A stretch of DNA of 64,000 bases from Octopus sinensis (GCF_006345805.1 NC_042997.1:53878001-53942000); one strand, 5' to 3'; numbered from the stretch's first letter, positions 39,558 through 54,162 are shown. Notes: a model not told the origin generated them from the sequence alone. Program-made: numbers and translations.

Positions 39558-40392
39558 TATGTTTCTTTATTGGCCACACAGGGCTGAACACATAGGGGAC
39601 AAAATACAAAGTAGAGCTTTTCTTTTGGGGAATAAGAAGAGAAGAAAGAAAAAAGTGGGTCGAATTTCGATCAAACGGGATTGTTGGGAAAAAAAGGGCC
39701 GATCAATAGGGATCGTGTACCACAGAAATGTCGATGTAAAAAAGGGAAACAGATTAGGTTTATCCGTAGAAAGAAAAACCTACGGAAAAGACCACGGTAA
39801 CCTTGGGCAATAACGTCATATAAAAAACACATTTAGTAAGTGACTCTCTTTTTTCCCTTCTTTTTTTTATTTTGGTTCATAGGATTATGCTCAAGCTGAC
39901 TCCGTCATTTACACGTGCCATCCTTGCTACATTCGCCCATCTTTTTTTCAAACATTCACTAGACAAAACTTCCCTCTCTACTCTCACCTTCCTCTTCAAG
40001 TGATACTTGAAGCTGATGAGAGATTGACCAGAGAGGAAAGTGTTTGTCTCTAGACCTTGCAGACGCGTCCACCATACATATTCTTTGGTCATAGCCACAA
40101 GTACGATGAAAATGGCTTTCCCTTCCCGTTTCAAGGAAGGAAGCGCGACAATATTCACGATAGACTCGGTTGATAAACCGACTCGTCCCACACGCGATAC
40201 CAGTCGTTTGACATAGGGTCACAGGTCGGAAATGGTTGGACACTGTACGAGTGCGTACAGGACGGTTTCGTCGCTCTAACCGCATCTCGGGTAGGTCAGC
40301 CCGTGTTTCTCGAGCCATGCCTGTAGAGCCTATCCCGAACGGGTAGCGCTTCTCGATAGCACTGCCAGGCCAGGGATTTCTGGAAGTTGTCC
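39558..40392 (-). mobile_element. 5'-truncated Tx1/L1-clade LINE (zf-RVT C-terminus of ORF2, stop at 39877, plus 3' UTR)
   Basis: Minus-strand AWQCYREALPVRDRL, PRCG*SDETVLYALVQCP (CxxC..ET..H..C-like), KEYVWWTR..KRW; the 3' UTR ends gccctgtgtggccaataaagaaac. Confidence 0.75.
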
Positions 40393-40796
40393 ATATCTGA
40401 GAAAGAAGGATAGAACCATTTTACTACTGATTAGGAAAGATATCTAATGTAGCTAGTTAGCAAAGTAATTCGTGATTCTGTCTTTATTCTCCTAATTTAT
40501 GAATATTGTACCAATATTTAATGTCTGTTCATGCAAAGCATAGAATAATACAGAAGATTGACTTGGCTATAGAGTGTAAAAGAATATACATTTTCATAGG
40601 ACTTTGAACTCTATTTTATAATTCTTTAATTTATATTATTTTGTAACTCACACGCCCTTGTGAGAAAATGTGTTTATTTACAAATATGTTGATAGGTATA
40701 CAATTGAAAAAGAAAATGAAAGGAGCAAGAAAAAAGAAAAATATTTTGTAATGAAATTTCAATGAATCGACCGCACCAAATTGAAAAAAAAACCTC

Positions 40797-40809
40797 TTTC
40801 TCTCACGCA

Positions 40810-40847
<38 letters not shown>

Positions 40848-40863
40848 CTCTCACACACACACA

Positions 40864-40894
<31 letters not shown>

Positions 40895-40941
40895 TCTCTC
40901 TCTCTCACACACACACTCTCTCTCTCTCACACACACACATA

Positions 40942-40973
<32 letters not shown>

Positions 40974-41130
40974 CTCTCTCTCTCTCTCACACACACACAC
41001 ACTCATACTCTCTCTCTCTCTCACACACACACACGCACACACACTCTCTCTCTCTCTCACACACACACACTCATACTCTCTCTCTCTCTCACACACACAC
41101 ACGCACACACACACTCTCTCTCTTTCTCTC
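40797..41130. repeat. alternating (CT)n(CA)n higher-order microsatellite
   Basis: Seen directly. Confidence 0.9.
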
Positions 41131-41371
41131 TATCTACCTATCTATCCTTTCCCCATCCTTTATTATTATTTTTCTCCTCTTTCTTGATTGTCCTGAAACC
41201 TCTCTCTATCTATCTATTCCCCACCACGCTTTTCTTTTCTTTCTCTCTCACTTTTCCAGAATAATAATAATGATAATAAACTATATGTTTGATTTACTTG
41301 TTTCGAAGCTAAGTTAATTTCAATAAATCGGGAACTTATATTGTATGGTTTTAACTTTTATCGTTTGTATT

Positions 41372-41572
41372 TTGCTTGTTTCGGTCATTGGAGAAGGGGG
41401 CACTGCCTTGAAAGCTTTTAGTTGAACAAATCGACTCGGTACTTATTTTTAAGCCTGGTATATATTCTGTCGTCTATTTTACCGGACAACTGGGTTATGG
41501 GGATGTAAACAAACCAACATCGGTTGCGAAGCGGTGGTAGGGGACAAACACAAACATACGGACACACAGACG

Positions 41573-41634
<62 letters not shown>

Positions 41635-41803
41635 ACGGGCTTCTTTAGTTTCCGTCTACCGAATCCACTCACCAGGCTTTGGTCGGCCTGGGGCTATAGT
41701 AGACTAGAAGACACTTGCCCAAGGTGTGACAAACAGTAGAACTGAACTCGGAACCATGTAGTTGGGAAGCAAATTTCTTACTACACAGCCATACCTGCGC
41801 CTA
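41372..41803 (-). mobile_element. SINE family A, full length
   Basis: Reverse complement of family A with internal (TA)n. Confidence 0.8.
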
Positions 41804-41959
41804 TAAGCCATGTTATTTCTTCATCGTTGTCAAAGTGCATGTCACTGGTCATTCATTCTAAGTTATTTCCCATAGGTAATTTTCCATTTAATTTAGCAAC
41901 TAGTCTTTAAATGTTCTTTACTCTTTTTATATACATTTAAGTCTTACAACTGGGTCGAA

Positions 41960-42330
41960 TCAATGTAAACTAATTGCTGAGCTGATAACGCCTGTTGAAG
42001 AGGAAACATATCTTCATAGCTGTTTCTTGTTACTGTTTTCGAGTGGATTTTGCCTGAATATGGTCTATGATGTCTCTGTGTAGCAACAGTACTATCTCAG
42101 ATGTGGGTGAAGAACTGCATTGTGGATCCTTAAGGAGGGTTTGTAGTTATAGGGAGATGGGGCTGAAGAATTTTATAGATTTGAAAAGAAAGGTGAGCCT
42201 TTCAGACACAGTCTTTGCAATGTTAATGATAAGCGTTCACCAGGTGAAATCCTTTGCAATATTAAGACGTAGATTTTGGTGTAAACACAACGGGTCTTCC
42301 TGCATTCTGCTCATATTTAATAGGTTTGAG
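41960..42330 (-). pseudogene. decayed CR1/Jockey-group LINE ORF2 fragment
   Basis: Minus-strand DFTW*TLIINIAKTVSERLTFLFKSIKFFSP...STMQFFTHI resembles DL.W..HI..IAK...L.FL...RP.LEY..HIW downstream of RT. Confidence 0.45.
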
Positions 42331-42439
42331 ATGTGATTGTGTTTGTAGGGATTATGATCTATCTTTACTTTCATTTGATATTTCGCTTACGATTTATCTA
42401 TTTTTTGTATTTTGCTGTTGAAAGAGACAAAATTATATC

Positions 42440-42595
42440 GACAAGTTTCTGCACAGTTTCCATTTAGGAAATTTTACTTAGAGGTTATTGGTGAATCCGA
42501 AGCTATCATAGAAGACAGTTACCCAAAGTGTCATTCAGTGGGATTGAAACCAGAATTATGTGGTTACGAAGCAAACTTCCTACCCATACTGATAT
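42440..42595 (-). mobile_element. SINE family A, decayed 5' half
   Basis: cagtttcc..gctatcatagaagaca..cagtgggattgaaacc..aagcaaactt. Confidence 0.55.
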
Positions 42596-43493
42596 AGACA
42601 TATCTACACTTGATACACAAGTAGTGAGCGTGTCTGTAAATATGTGAGTTTATATTTGTGCATATACTTTGGGGCAATCTTAAACTGGAAATAGATTTGA
42701 AAAACATCGATTAAAACATTGGCAAATATATGCAAATATTGTGGAACAAAACTATCCATTTCGGTATACAATCGCGAACGGTAGATAAAATTCAGTTATC
42801 ATGGAAACGTAGCACATCTAAAGTTAAAATATGTGTGCGTGTGTGAGCGTATATGAACATCTTGAAATGTTGAGTTTAATAAGCACAGATAGTAAATTCA
42901 ATTTCAATGAAGATAGAACATCCATTTTGTACGAGAAGAGAAAGATTCTAACCATTCCTAATTATTTTATAGCGTGGTAATTAATAATCGACTTCCCTCT
43001 TGGTCAAGTAACTGAAAACATATACTTTAGAAATGTCTCGTTTTAAATTATTTGCGAATACGTAATTTTTATGTTGTGTCAAGCCAAATAAACTTTCAAT
43101 CTGTTAGAGTTTTTACTTCAGCTGCTAGAAATCACAGATATGTAGAATAGATCGGCTGAACCGACCAAATCAAAGCTTAGTCAAGACTCTTCTTCCACGG
43201 TCCCCGCACACACTGGATGATGCTTATAAGATTCTCAGGGGAAATATTATGCTATGAAATTAGCATTTCTGTTTCTCATATTTCTGTAGTTTCTCATTGT
43301 TAAGGAGATGAATATAAATACAATGTTAACATACGTTTATTACCATAGTGAAGCTCGAGGCTCAGCACCAGTCAGATATTATATTTTAAAAGCCAATCTT
43401 CTTGCATTGTATATGACATTATTGGTTCATTTAAACGCTGTATAAAAAATTCTCAACTTAACTGTCAATTTTATAAATATGAAATAATTATAT

Positions 43494-43674
43494 AGGCGTA
43501 GAAGTGGCTGTGTGATAAGTGGCTTGCTTACGAACCACATGGTTCCGGGTTCAGTCCCACTGCTTGGCACCTTGGGTAAGAGTCTTCTACTATAGCCTCG
43601 GGCCGACCAAAGCCTTGTGAGTGGATTTGGTAGACGGAAACTGGAAAGAAGCCCGTTGTATATATGTATATATA

Positions 43675-43735
<61 letters not shown>

Positions 43736-43954
43736 CTGCGTACATGTCTATGTGTCTGTGTTTGTCCCCCCCCCCCCAACATCTCTTGACAACCGATGCT
43801 GGTGTGTTTACGTCCGTGTAACTTAGCGGTTCAGTAAAAGAGACCGATAGAATAAGTACTAGGCTTACACAGAATAAGTCCTGGGGTCGATTTGCTCGAC
43901 TAAAGGCGGTGCTCCAGCATGGCTACAGTCAAATGACTGAAACAAGTAAAAGAG
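43494..43954 (+). mobile_element. SINE family A, full length (reference copy)
   Basis: tRNA-like head, CORE-like motif, internal (TA)n, 3' module ending gaaacaagtaaaagag. Confidence 0.88.
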
Positions 43955-45015
43955 TATATATTTTAAGTGAAAATTCTGCTTGATTATACTTTGTATGTGA
44001 TAAATACAAACTATATCATATTAAACTGAGTTAATGAAATAGTTAATTCATAATTTCATAGATCTCTACAGACTTATGAAAATAAAGCTTTTAACATTTA
44101 ATACAGATAGTGTACATAACATTAGAAAGATTAATCATTTTCGTGAAGCTGATCAAATTGTCCATTTCTCATGTCAACAAATATTTTTAATGCTATGAAT
44201 TTAGATGATTATGGTTAAGTGTAAAGCAGATGTCATTAGATATCAATATTCTGCATTTTCATTCAAGATATTTCTAAAATAATGTTTTCTTCAAAAGCGA
44301 CACAATTTCTTCAAAAGCTGTACAATTATTGCACAAATGCATTGATCCCAGATCAGAGACAATTTAAGTAGCTTGACAAATGAAAGAAAATAAAGTCTAA
44401 TGAAATAAATTATTAAAACAGACTTATACGATCAGTCAACAAGTTATTCTTGAGATGCGAAGTATTTACCATATTAGATGTCTCAAATTGTTTGAGAACC
44501 GAGAATATCAAGTAGATTAATTTTTCTGCTAATGCAAGTATAATATAACTAACAAGCCCGTTCTTATGAATTTCGAGTATGCACCATTGCAGCAGTTAAG
44601 TAAATATGTACATTTGATCTAAAGTCTGGGTTAAGAAATAAGTGGCCCTGCTATTACACTCATAACACTTAGTTAATTACTCTGAAACCGCAGACTGTTT
44701 AGTTCACTTCTTGCATTTCTTGAAGTTAAAACAATCATTTTGCGATTGAAGGGAACGAAATTCAGCGCAATGTACCCAGCTGCAAATATTAAGATAACAA
44801 GCAATATAATACCGAATTACTTAGATTGTTTCTTCTTAATTAAAATATTTATGAGAGCGCAAGAGAATCTGCATGTAGACTGTGTATATATGTATACACA
44901 CGCGCGGGCGCACGAACACACACACACAATTAGTATGTATGTTTGTTCGCTGTCTTGCTAATAGGATAGTTTTTAAGAAGGCTATCGAACAACAATTACA
45001 GAGTTGTAGTATAAG

Positions 45016-45192
45016 CGGTAGCGTAGCTGGAGAGTGTGCCACTCGGAGCAGTCCTTGAGTTTACAGTCCCCATCCGCGGCCCAATAAAGCTTTTACGACC
45101 TTATATAGTAGACCCAAAAGTGCCGTCCCCATAAAAGCTTCGCCCAGGGCAGACCACCTTCCGTCGTTCGCCGTTTTCCACCTACGCTATTG
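45016..45192. mobile_element. small hAT-like MITE
   Basis: TIR cggtagcgtagct / acctacgctattg; no clear TSD. Confidence 0.4.
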
Positions 45193-45266
45193 TATGGGGA
45201 TGAAAGGATGAATTCGTTTAAGGTCTAATGCAGCATATTTCATGGGTTAGAAGTTATTTTTCAAAT

Positions 45267-45710
<444 letters not shown>

Positions 45711-46129
45711 GCGTGTGTGTGTGTGCGTGTGTATGTGTTAAAGAAAAGAACAGGCATACCTTGATAATCCTTTATTCCAATTGTTACATGTGTTTCAATA
45801 TTCGGCAACACATGACGTCACACTACAGATGCAAAGAGTAGATGCAGTTTATAAGGCAAGCATGGAGCAAAAGCATCGTCCACACAATCGCTATAGAAAT
45901 ACGCGATTAACATTGGCGGTGAAAACCTATACGGTTTAATTGTCGTGCGTCGAGCGCATTTAATCATACATATATAGGTCAGTAGTTCATACATCCATAA
46001 AGAGGCATACTCTAAAACATTAAGAACAGTCTGACAAGTCGCCTACAGCCAAACGCTTTATAGGTGCGAAACCAACTTTCACTTTCAGACTGGCCATAAC
46101 AAACAACTACATACATACAGTGGAGGCGC

Positions 46130-46408
46130 AATGGCCCAGTGGTTAGGGCAGCGGACTCGCGGTTGTAGGATCGCGGTTTCGATTCCCAGACCGGGCGATG
46201 TGAGTGTTTATTGAGCGAAAACACCTAAAGCTCCACAAGGCTCCGGCAGTGGGTGGCGATTCCTGCTGTACTCTTTCGCCACAACTTTCTCTCACTCTTT
46301 TTTTCTGTTGGCCTGCTCACTTAGCCAGCGGGGTAGCGTCATTTGAAGGCTAAAACAATGTGACCAGCGATGTGTAGCAACATCTGATAGCCTAGTCGCT
46401 CATGTGAT

Positions 46409-46412
<4 letters not shown>
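46130..46412 (+). mobile_element. tRNA-derived SINE family C, tail type 2
   Basis: Same head and body as 513-799 up to ctcactcttt..ctgtt, then an unrelated tail; A box tggcccagtgg, B box gtttcgattcc. Confidence 0.8.
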
Positions 46413-46439
<27 letters not shown>

Positions 46440-46779
46440 CACGTACGTACGTGTGTATGTATGTATGTGTGCATGTGAGATCCAGATGCGCAATCCGTCC
46501 TAGTAGCATAAAACTCTTACTGACTTTACTTTGCACCGTATGAAAACGCTAATCCTTTTATTATAGCCTTGAAAGGTTCACGAAGTACGCTGCATTGCTA
46601 TGTGGCTATTGTGTGAAAGTCAATACTCTAGTTCTCACTTATTTGTTGATGTGTTTTCAGTGCATCAACAATTTTGTTTGTTGGCTTTAAAAGTATTAAG
46701 TTACATTTGTTAATAACAACCACCAAAGACATCAGCGTGATTAATTTGGAGAATAATTTTTAAAAAAAGTTTTTATAAA

Positions 46780-46909
46780 AGGCACAGAAGTGGCTGTGTG
46801 ACAATAAGCTTGCTTGGACAAGTGTCTTCTATAATAGCCTTGGGCCAACCAAAGCTTTGTGAATGGATTTGGAAGGCGGAAACTGAAAGAAGCCCGTCGT
46901 ATATATGTG

Positions 46910-46994
<85 letters not shown>

Positions 46995-47155
46995 TCACAG
47001 TTTGACAACCGGTATGTTTACGTCACCGTAACTTATCGGATCGAAAAAAGGACCGATAGAATAAGTACATGGCTTTAAAAAAAGTACTGGTGTCGATTCA
47101 TCAAGGCGGTGCCCCAGTATGGCCGCAGTCTACTAATTGAAACAAGTAATAGAAA
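46780..47155 (+). mobile_element. SINE family A with deletions and internal (GT)n
   Basis: Matches the family A head and tail. Confidence 0.78.
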
Positions 47156-47179
47156 AGAAAAAACGATATTTATTTCTGT

Positions 47180-47600
47180 TCAGTTCTACATCAGCTTTGA
47201 TCGAGGAATGACTAAATAGTTCCATCCCAGGCCGTTTCATCTTATATTCAGGAATAGTGTATCTAGGTTTACATTATTCAACACGCCAGCACTTTTTTAA
47301 AGCTCATAAGATGTGATCTGAAGGAGAATTGGCAGTTGTTTCTTGCATGTGAAGCAACTCCGTATGTGAGTATGAATTGTTTTTAACTGCTACTCCTGTT
47401 GCTGTTGTTGTTGGAGGTGGGGTTTAACCCCGAGTTAACCCTGATCAAAGCAGACCTATGATCAAAGCATTCTAGCCGTGACTTTTTCCTCTGTACAGGA
47501 AATTCATGACCACAGTATTCAGCATGCTATTTCCTAATTTCTTAGTGGGCGATTTGAGGGAGATTGGCTGCTATTTCTATCATGCAAAGGCTCCTTCGTT
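47180..47600. repeat. old interspersed repeat family E, two tandem copies (related pieces at about 27025-27080 and 28690-28840)
   Basis: Shared ctgatc.agcag..ctatgatcaaag and tttgagggaga.tggctgctatttcta motifs. Confidence 0.5.
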
Positions 47601-48219
47601 AGCCATCTTATCACAAGTGTAGGAGAGAAAATGTAAAATGCAAGGTACATATCGACAGAGAGAGAAAGAGAGAGGCAGAGAGACAGAGACAGATAGGCAG
47701 GATGGCAGAACCCATTAGTTTGAGCACCAAATATCCTACTTGTATGTTGCGTATGTGAGTAGAAATTTAGTCGCTGGTGAGTTAGATTTTTGGGGCTTGA
47801 GAGAAAGAGCAGGTACAATCCCAAGTGACAGCAAACATTCCACATCGCTTATATTCAGTTTTTTTTGTAGATGAGAAATAAAGTGATGCAAAGCACCAGT
47901 GTTTCATATATGGATTTGTAGTAGATGAGTCATAAATTATGAAGAATTTCTTGTGTCTGTTCGTACTTATATGTGTACGAGCGTGCGTGTGTGTCGGAGA
48001 AGAGACGTATCCATTTCTATTGGCCTTCAATATTTGACATCTGGCTTGACTTCAAGGAAGATAAGTATGTTTTTCGTTTATAGGTTTATCTTTCTGTCCC
48101 TCTATATTAGTAGTTCTTGTTTTTTTTTGGGGGGGGGGTCGGAATACGTAAGTATAAGTCATTTTAGTAATTATTATACTGTATCAGGAAGTTGAATCAC
48201 AGAACGCATCCACTGAGCC

Positions 48220-48222
48220 ATG
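48220..48222 (+). CDS. TUBA: candidate ATG-only first coding exon of the alpha-tubulin (possible exon 48188-48222)
   Basis: Exon 2 starts in phase 0 at R2, so an ATG|GT exon is expected. gagccATG|gtaaat has the best start context and donor of the upstream candidates; weaker ones lie at 52634, 53848 and 53871. No ATG|GT was found between 54214 and 57650. Confidence 0.5.
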
Positions 48223-49129
48223 GTAAATTTTCTTCTGATTAAAATCTTTAATTATTTTGTTAAATATTTCCCAGCTATAAAAATTGACAACACCCATTCT
48301 TACATAATTAATTCTTCGAACTAAGACGCGAGTACAACTATTAAAATTTACAGAGTAGGTCGGAAAAGAACTGAAAAATGTGGTATCTGCAAAACATTTT
48401 TAGTAGGCCAGTGCGGCGGAAGTTTATAGGTTCACTGCTACGTTTAACTGTTAACAGCCATCCAATTAGATAAACTGGGTCAGATGAGAAAGCTATCAGA
48501 GATTGAGGCCACTTTCTAGTTTCACAGAGACAAATGGTTAAAAGGTAAGGCCAAATAGATATCCCGAGAGGTTAATATAGAAAAAGAAAACATGATCCAT
48601 AACTACCGAATCAACTTCAATCAGAACATCTGTAATAAATTCACACTCTGAACATCTAATTACATTGCTCTAGCTCCATCTTCTTTTCTCGTCTTTTCCA
48701 TATGCTTACGTTTGTATGTTGAAGGTTGGTGTATGTATGTTTGTATATTGTGTTTGAGTATATCAGATGAGTGTGTGTGACAGAGAGTGTATGCGTACAA
48801 TAAGCTACTATTTTATGTCGGTTGTTTTCCCCTTAACTATAGTTTTTCTTCGCGCTAATGGCAGTTTTCATAACATTTTATATTGTTATTAGCTTAGCCA
48901 ACTTTATAGCTACTGACCGTGTGACTTTAACTCATTTTGAGTAATTTAAATTATAATATTATTGCAATTAAAATGTGTAGCATAGCTCTATTGTACATGT
49001 GTGGCAAGTCTTGTGGCTTTTTATTCCTTAATTTAACTTTAAATATATACACCATTTCCAAAATACTTATTCAAAAACCCAAGACCATGAAAACGTCATT
49101 GGACCTCACTTTAATACATGAAACTAATA

Positions 49130-49340
49130 TTGTTTCAAATTTTGGCACAAGGTCAGCAAGTTCAAGTGGAGTGGGGAAGGTCGATTACACCAACCCCAGT
49201 GCTTAACTGGTAATTATTTTATCGACCCCGAAAGGATGAAAGGCAAAATCGACTTTGATGGCAACGCAGATCGGAAAAACTGACGAAATGCCGTTAGCAT
49301 TTTGCCCAGAGAGCTACCGTTTCTGCTAGCTCGCCGTCCT
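49130..49340 (-). mobile_element. SINE family B, tail type 3, diverged
   Basis: gtttcaaattttggcacaagg...atcgaccccgaaaggatgaaaggcaaa...gctcgcc. Confidence 0.75.
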
Positions 49341-49786
49341 AATACATGGAAACTAATATTTATAACATTTTATACTTTTGATAAAGATACAATCCAAAGA
49401 CATCCCCACATTATCGGTAAGCAATCCTACATACGTATTCATAACTTCACAGTGTATAACCACAAGAATCTACAAATATCTTCACTACAAGAATTTGATG
49501 TTGGAGAATTTTAATTAGTGTGGTTCAATAAAGTCATTATCTTATTTCGGAAAAAAAAAACGCAAATCTCACAGTGATGGTCGGTGACGTAAAATAGTAG
49601 AACAACTTGTCTCATCGCACCACCGCCGTCACTGTATCCAATAAACGCGCTAATACTGATACGAATGTCCCGTTTTGGAGGATAACCGCTTGTTAAAAAG
49701 TTATGATTTATGTACTTCAGTAAATACTTCTCTAATATTTTACGCTTCTTCCGCGTTGCTCCACAGTCGAATAAAAGGTCATTATT

Positions 49787-49984
49787 GGTTTCAAATTTTG
49801 GTACAAAGCCAGCAATTTCGGGGAGGGGTAAGTCGATTACATCGACCTCAAGACTCAACTGGTGTATATTTTATCGACTCCGAAAGGCAAAATTGACCTC
49901 AGCGGAATACAAACGTAGAGACAGACGAAATGCCGTTAAATATTTTTGCCCGGCATGCTAACAATTCTGCCAGCTCGCTTCCTT
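49787..49984 (-). mobile_element. SINE family B, tail type 3, diverged
   Basis: Same layout as 49130-49340. Confidence 0.75.
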
Positions 49985-52900
49985 AATTACTAACGGTAAA
50001 TTTTGTATTGAATATTTCACGTATCAAATTATACGAATATTTGCAAAGCAATATGATTTTACATAAACAACGATTAATGAAATACAAATAACTTAATTCA
50101 CCAATACACTGGAGTGCAGGGGTCGGGACCTTTGGACACTTATGCTCCACCTGACCTCAAATTATTTTATTTCATTCTTCACAAAACCTCAGTGTCACTC
50201 CCATATGCAAGTCTGTTCCAATGGATTAATCTGTATTATATAATTTACTATGTAAACAGAAGAAAATAAGTATGCATAATTATAATTAATAAAACAATTA
50301 AATTTTCATTGCTATACTTTGGAAGAATCACTCTACCAATAAACACATGCACCAATCGTGGTTCACTTCAATTTCAGTTATACTATAAGAAATCTTTCAC
50401 CCCATAATATTTGTGAGTGTGTTTATTAACGGTTTAATTCTATCAAAGTTTAACCGTATTGGTTTAAACTTACAGATTTGCATTAAAATTTTTGCATATC
50501 AAATTCAAAGAGAAATTTTTATTGATAGCTAATATCTCCATTCGCTGACATTGAGGAATAGGTATATTCCATGCCCCATTTACCACCTTATTTCCATTAC
50601 TGACTTATAATATTGGAAGAAGATAGCTTATTCCTACCCTGATTTCTCAAAAATTAGTAACTTCAACAAATTGAAATTAGACTTAGTCTTTCTCGGCCTA
50701 CAAAAGATCTAACTTTGCGAGCTTTAAAATATGTCGTTGCAGTACCTAAATATATTTGATGTATGTTTGTATGTATATGTGTGTGAGTGTATATATGTGT
50801 GATTTGGATTTTGTCAAGCTCAAATAATATTTCATCACTAAACATCAAGACTACACCTACCAATTATTTAAATCAACTTCCTTTTTTTTTTTTCACTTTC
50901 ATCAGAAATAAAATTCTAGTCTGTCTGAGAGAAAATGGAAATTTAAATGTAATAGCATCTTATAAATCTTAAATGTTAACATTGCTAATACACAGCACAC
51001 CTAATATTCACTGTTTCTTTCGTCAATTTAACACTTTATGCTGTTTAGCGCAAAAACAACAAAGAAGCACTATCCACATTTGTACTGTACACAGTAATAA
51101 TTCTCAGAGCCGATTGTACACTTAGCAATTCTTTCATAACTGCTTCGGCGAAAAGATGAAGTCTATGCTTCGATCATAAGGTCATAATAAGACCAGAGCA
51201 TTTCCGGAGTTGTCTAAATAATTTGCTGAAATAATTAAAATTGTGTTCCTTTCTAATAAAGGTACACGGCCTGAAATTTTGGGTAAAGTATTGTCTGTTT
51301 TAATAATTTAAATACTTGACTAGTATTTATTTTATCTCCTCATAATTATTTCCAGCTAGTTCTTTTTTACTTTTTATCGTTCCCAGCATTAAGTGTTAAC
51401 ATCAAGTTATGCTGCCAATGGTACTACCAATGATACTCTACAAATGCTAGCCTAGTTTTCTTTATATACAAATATATTAGGAACACGAAAATGTTCGCTC
51501 AAGAAACCAAGTAAATAGATTTCATTTGTAAAAAGATACTAATAAGGAAATTTTAAATTAAAAACAAATGTCATTAATATCATTGATGACTGACTGCTAA
51601 CATCTGTTGTGAATTAAACAGACGTGCGAGACAGTAAGTGATGATTGACAAGCTCTGTTGTTGGTTCATTTATGATAATTACTGTGGTAAGGGTGATTTT
51701 TTTCATTGCAATTATATTACTCTGGTACTGGTCATTTAAAACTCTCTTCTTTCATTACCACATTTTTTTCTTTTCAACATTGGTCTCATTCGTAGACTCA
51801 GTTATTTTTAGCTATCTGGTTTCATTTTATTCTTTCAAATGCCAAGGTATACATTAAACTCAGCAAAAAATTATTTTTGCTTTCAATGACAATTATTTAT
51901 CCCCGTTAGATTTAACGCGACGATAGTTGCAACTAGACCATTCTGTCGGCTGATGACCAGCCAATTGTTGTATTGTTTATGTTTCGTATTCCATCGTCGG
52001 TGTTGTGCAGTTTCATTAAACACTCAATAATTCGTTCTCTTCTCCCAAGTGACTTCCATAAGGTGCAGTTCACCACTGTAGACACAGCAGATATTTCAAT
52101 AGATAGTAAAGCTAAACGCAAGCTCTCTAAGTAACTTTCTTCAAACCTGTAGCATGCAACCGGCGTCCTGTAAAAATGTGCATCTTTCTCTGAAGTATGT
52201 AGTAGTCCCACATTAAACACTAACATTGATTAGCAAACAAAAGAATTTATTTGCTACACTTCCAGGGGAAAATGAAATATAAATTAGCTTCAATACTTTC
52301 AACAACACCCTAATATCAAATCTATTCAAAATATTTTATTTGAAATCACGTCTGAACTAAAACTAAAGAAAACATTCTTTTTTTTTTTTTAATGTCTCTT
52401 TCATGCGAAGCGTTAGTCAGGTTTTCACTTGTTTCCTTAGCAAACAAACTTCATCTGAATTCATGAGCTCAACTTCATAATTTTTACAGATATAGATTTC
52501 TATCAGTTTACTTCAACTCCAGATTTTTGCTTAAAATAAAACAGATCTGCAACACTAAATAAAACTTTAACTCAGTTATAGTCCCACTCAAAACTTATGT
52601 GTGACTCCTCCGTAGAGTACATTCTACAAATTCATGGTATTGTAATTTAGACTAACCGGAAAAAAAAAACTATCCGTACATTTTAAGGAGCTAAACTATG
52701 AGAAACCTAAGCGAGTAGTAAAATATGCGATGAAAAAAGTCCCCATCACCACTACCACCGGGAATCGATTAAAATTACGCCTATAATGAAAAATACTTCA
52801 TTAACATCAATAAAAAATTCTTGTAAAAGGCAAGAAAGAGAACTATGAAATTGATTAAAACTCTAATGGGAGGACATGCAATATATGAGTTTAGTGAAAT

Positions 52901-53457
52901 ACATTCAGTGATTAAGTAATTTAAAATAATGACATAGTAATGAAAAGAAAAATCATTAACGTAGTGGTTATTCTCTTCAAAAGTAAAGGAGATGACTTCG
53001 AAATTTGAATTTATAAAAAACTGAATGTTGGCATGCATTGATGAACGTTCTCCATGTAAATGATTATCTTGCTGTTACAATTATGACTTCAACTGAAAAA
53101 GATTCTGTTTGGCGAATTTGTCTCAAGTGTACACAAAGAATAGTGATAGAATTTGGTAGCTAGACCAGTCTACATGGACATGAATCGGATTGAAAAATTA
53201 AAAACGAAATACCAACTCAATAGTAATCTATCTAGCTGCTGTCTTTTGCCGGCAAATTTAGATTTTTCTGTTCCAAAGTAGAAAAGTAAAACGTCTTTAT
53301 TAAGCACGTTTTGATATGCAAGCATGTATACTTAGCTTTTCTTCTCATGTCACTTTTCACATTTTTAACCATCAAATCATTCAGATAAATTCTTCACACG
53401 ATATCTCTCTCTCTCTCTCTTTCACTCTCTCTCTCTCTCTCACTCTCTCTCTCTATC

Positions 53458-53495
<38 letters not shown>

Positions 53496-54162
53496 TCTCT
53501 CCCTCTCGCTCTTGCCTTCTCTCTGTAATACACATATACAAACACATTCTTACAAGCACTGTCGAAGTAAACATTTTATACACTTAAGCAACCACAAAAT
53601 CTCTTATTCCTTCAGAAAAAATGTTAAATTGGTTACTGGCCCTGAAACAATCTTCGGCATAAAATTATTCAGTTTGTTTTTCTTCCAACGATTAAGAATT
53701 TCACTGTTGCGGATGAGTAAATATAAGCTATAAACATCTTTTGTCGACAAATGCTTGTCATAACAGATTCGTGTCATGAAAAGCATTATCATTCAAAGCA
53801 TTCTTTCTATTAATAAGACAGTTTTGTGTTTTAATGGCAGCTAGAAAATGGTTTCTAAACGAATCTATCAATGGTACTAAATACAATGAAATTCCTCATT
53901 CTTTTCTCTTTAGACTTCTTCAGCGGAACAAAAAGACAAATAAACAAACCTGATGTACAACGATAATGATGGGAAAACACATAGTTTGGGTTTCGCTTTA
54001 CAAATGTATGCCTGGAGCAAATAACAGAGAAGGAAAGAAAAACAAGTTGTTCTGTGTATCTGTCTTCGCTCTCATTTACTCAGCATTCCAGTTTGCTCTA
54101 TAGTAAAACCTTTCCTGTTATTGCTTCTTCTTTTTTTCCTTCCCTTGATTTTTTTTCTTCAG

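Noticed and set aside
46132-46195. tRNA-Arg-like sequence
   Set aside because: No proper acceptor stem; it continues into a SINE body and has a second copy at 730-799.
51933-52226. 97-aa non-repetitive ORF
   Set aside because: No recognisable family and no convincing splice context.
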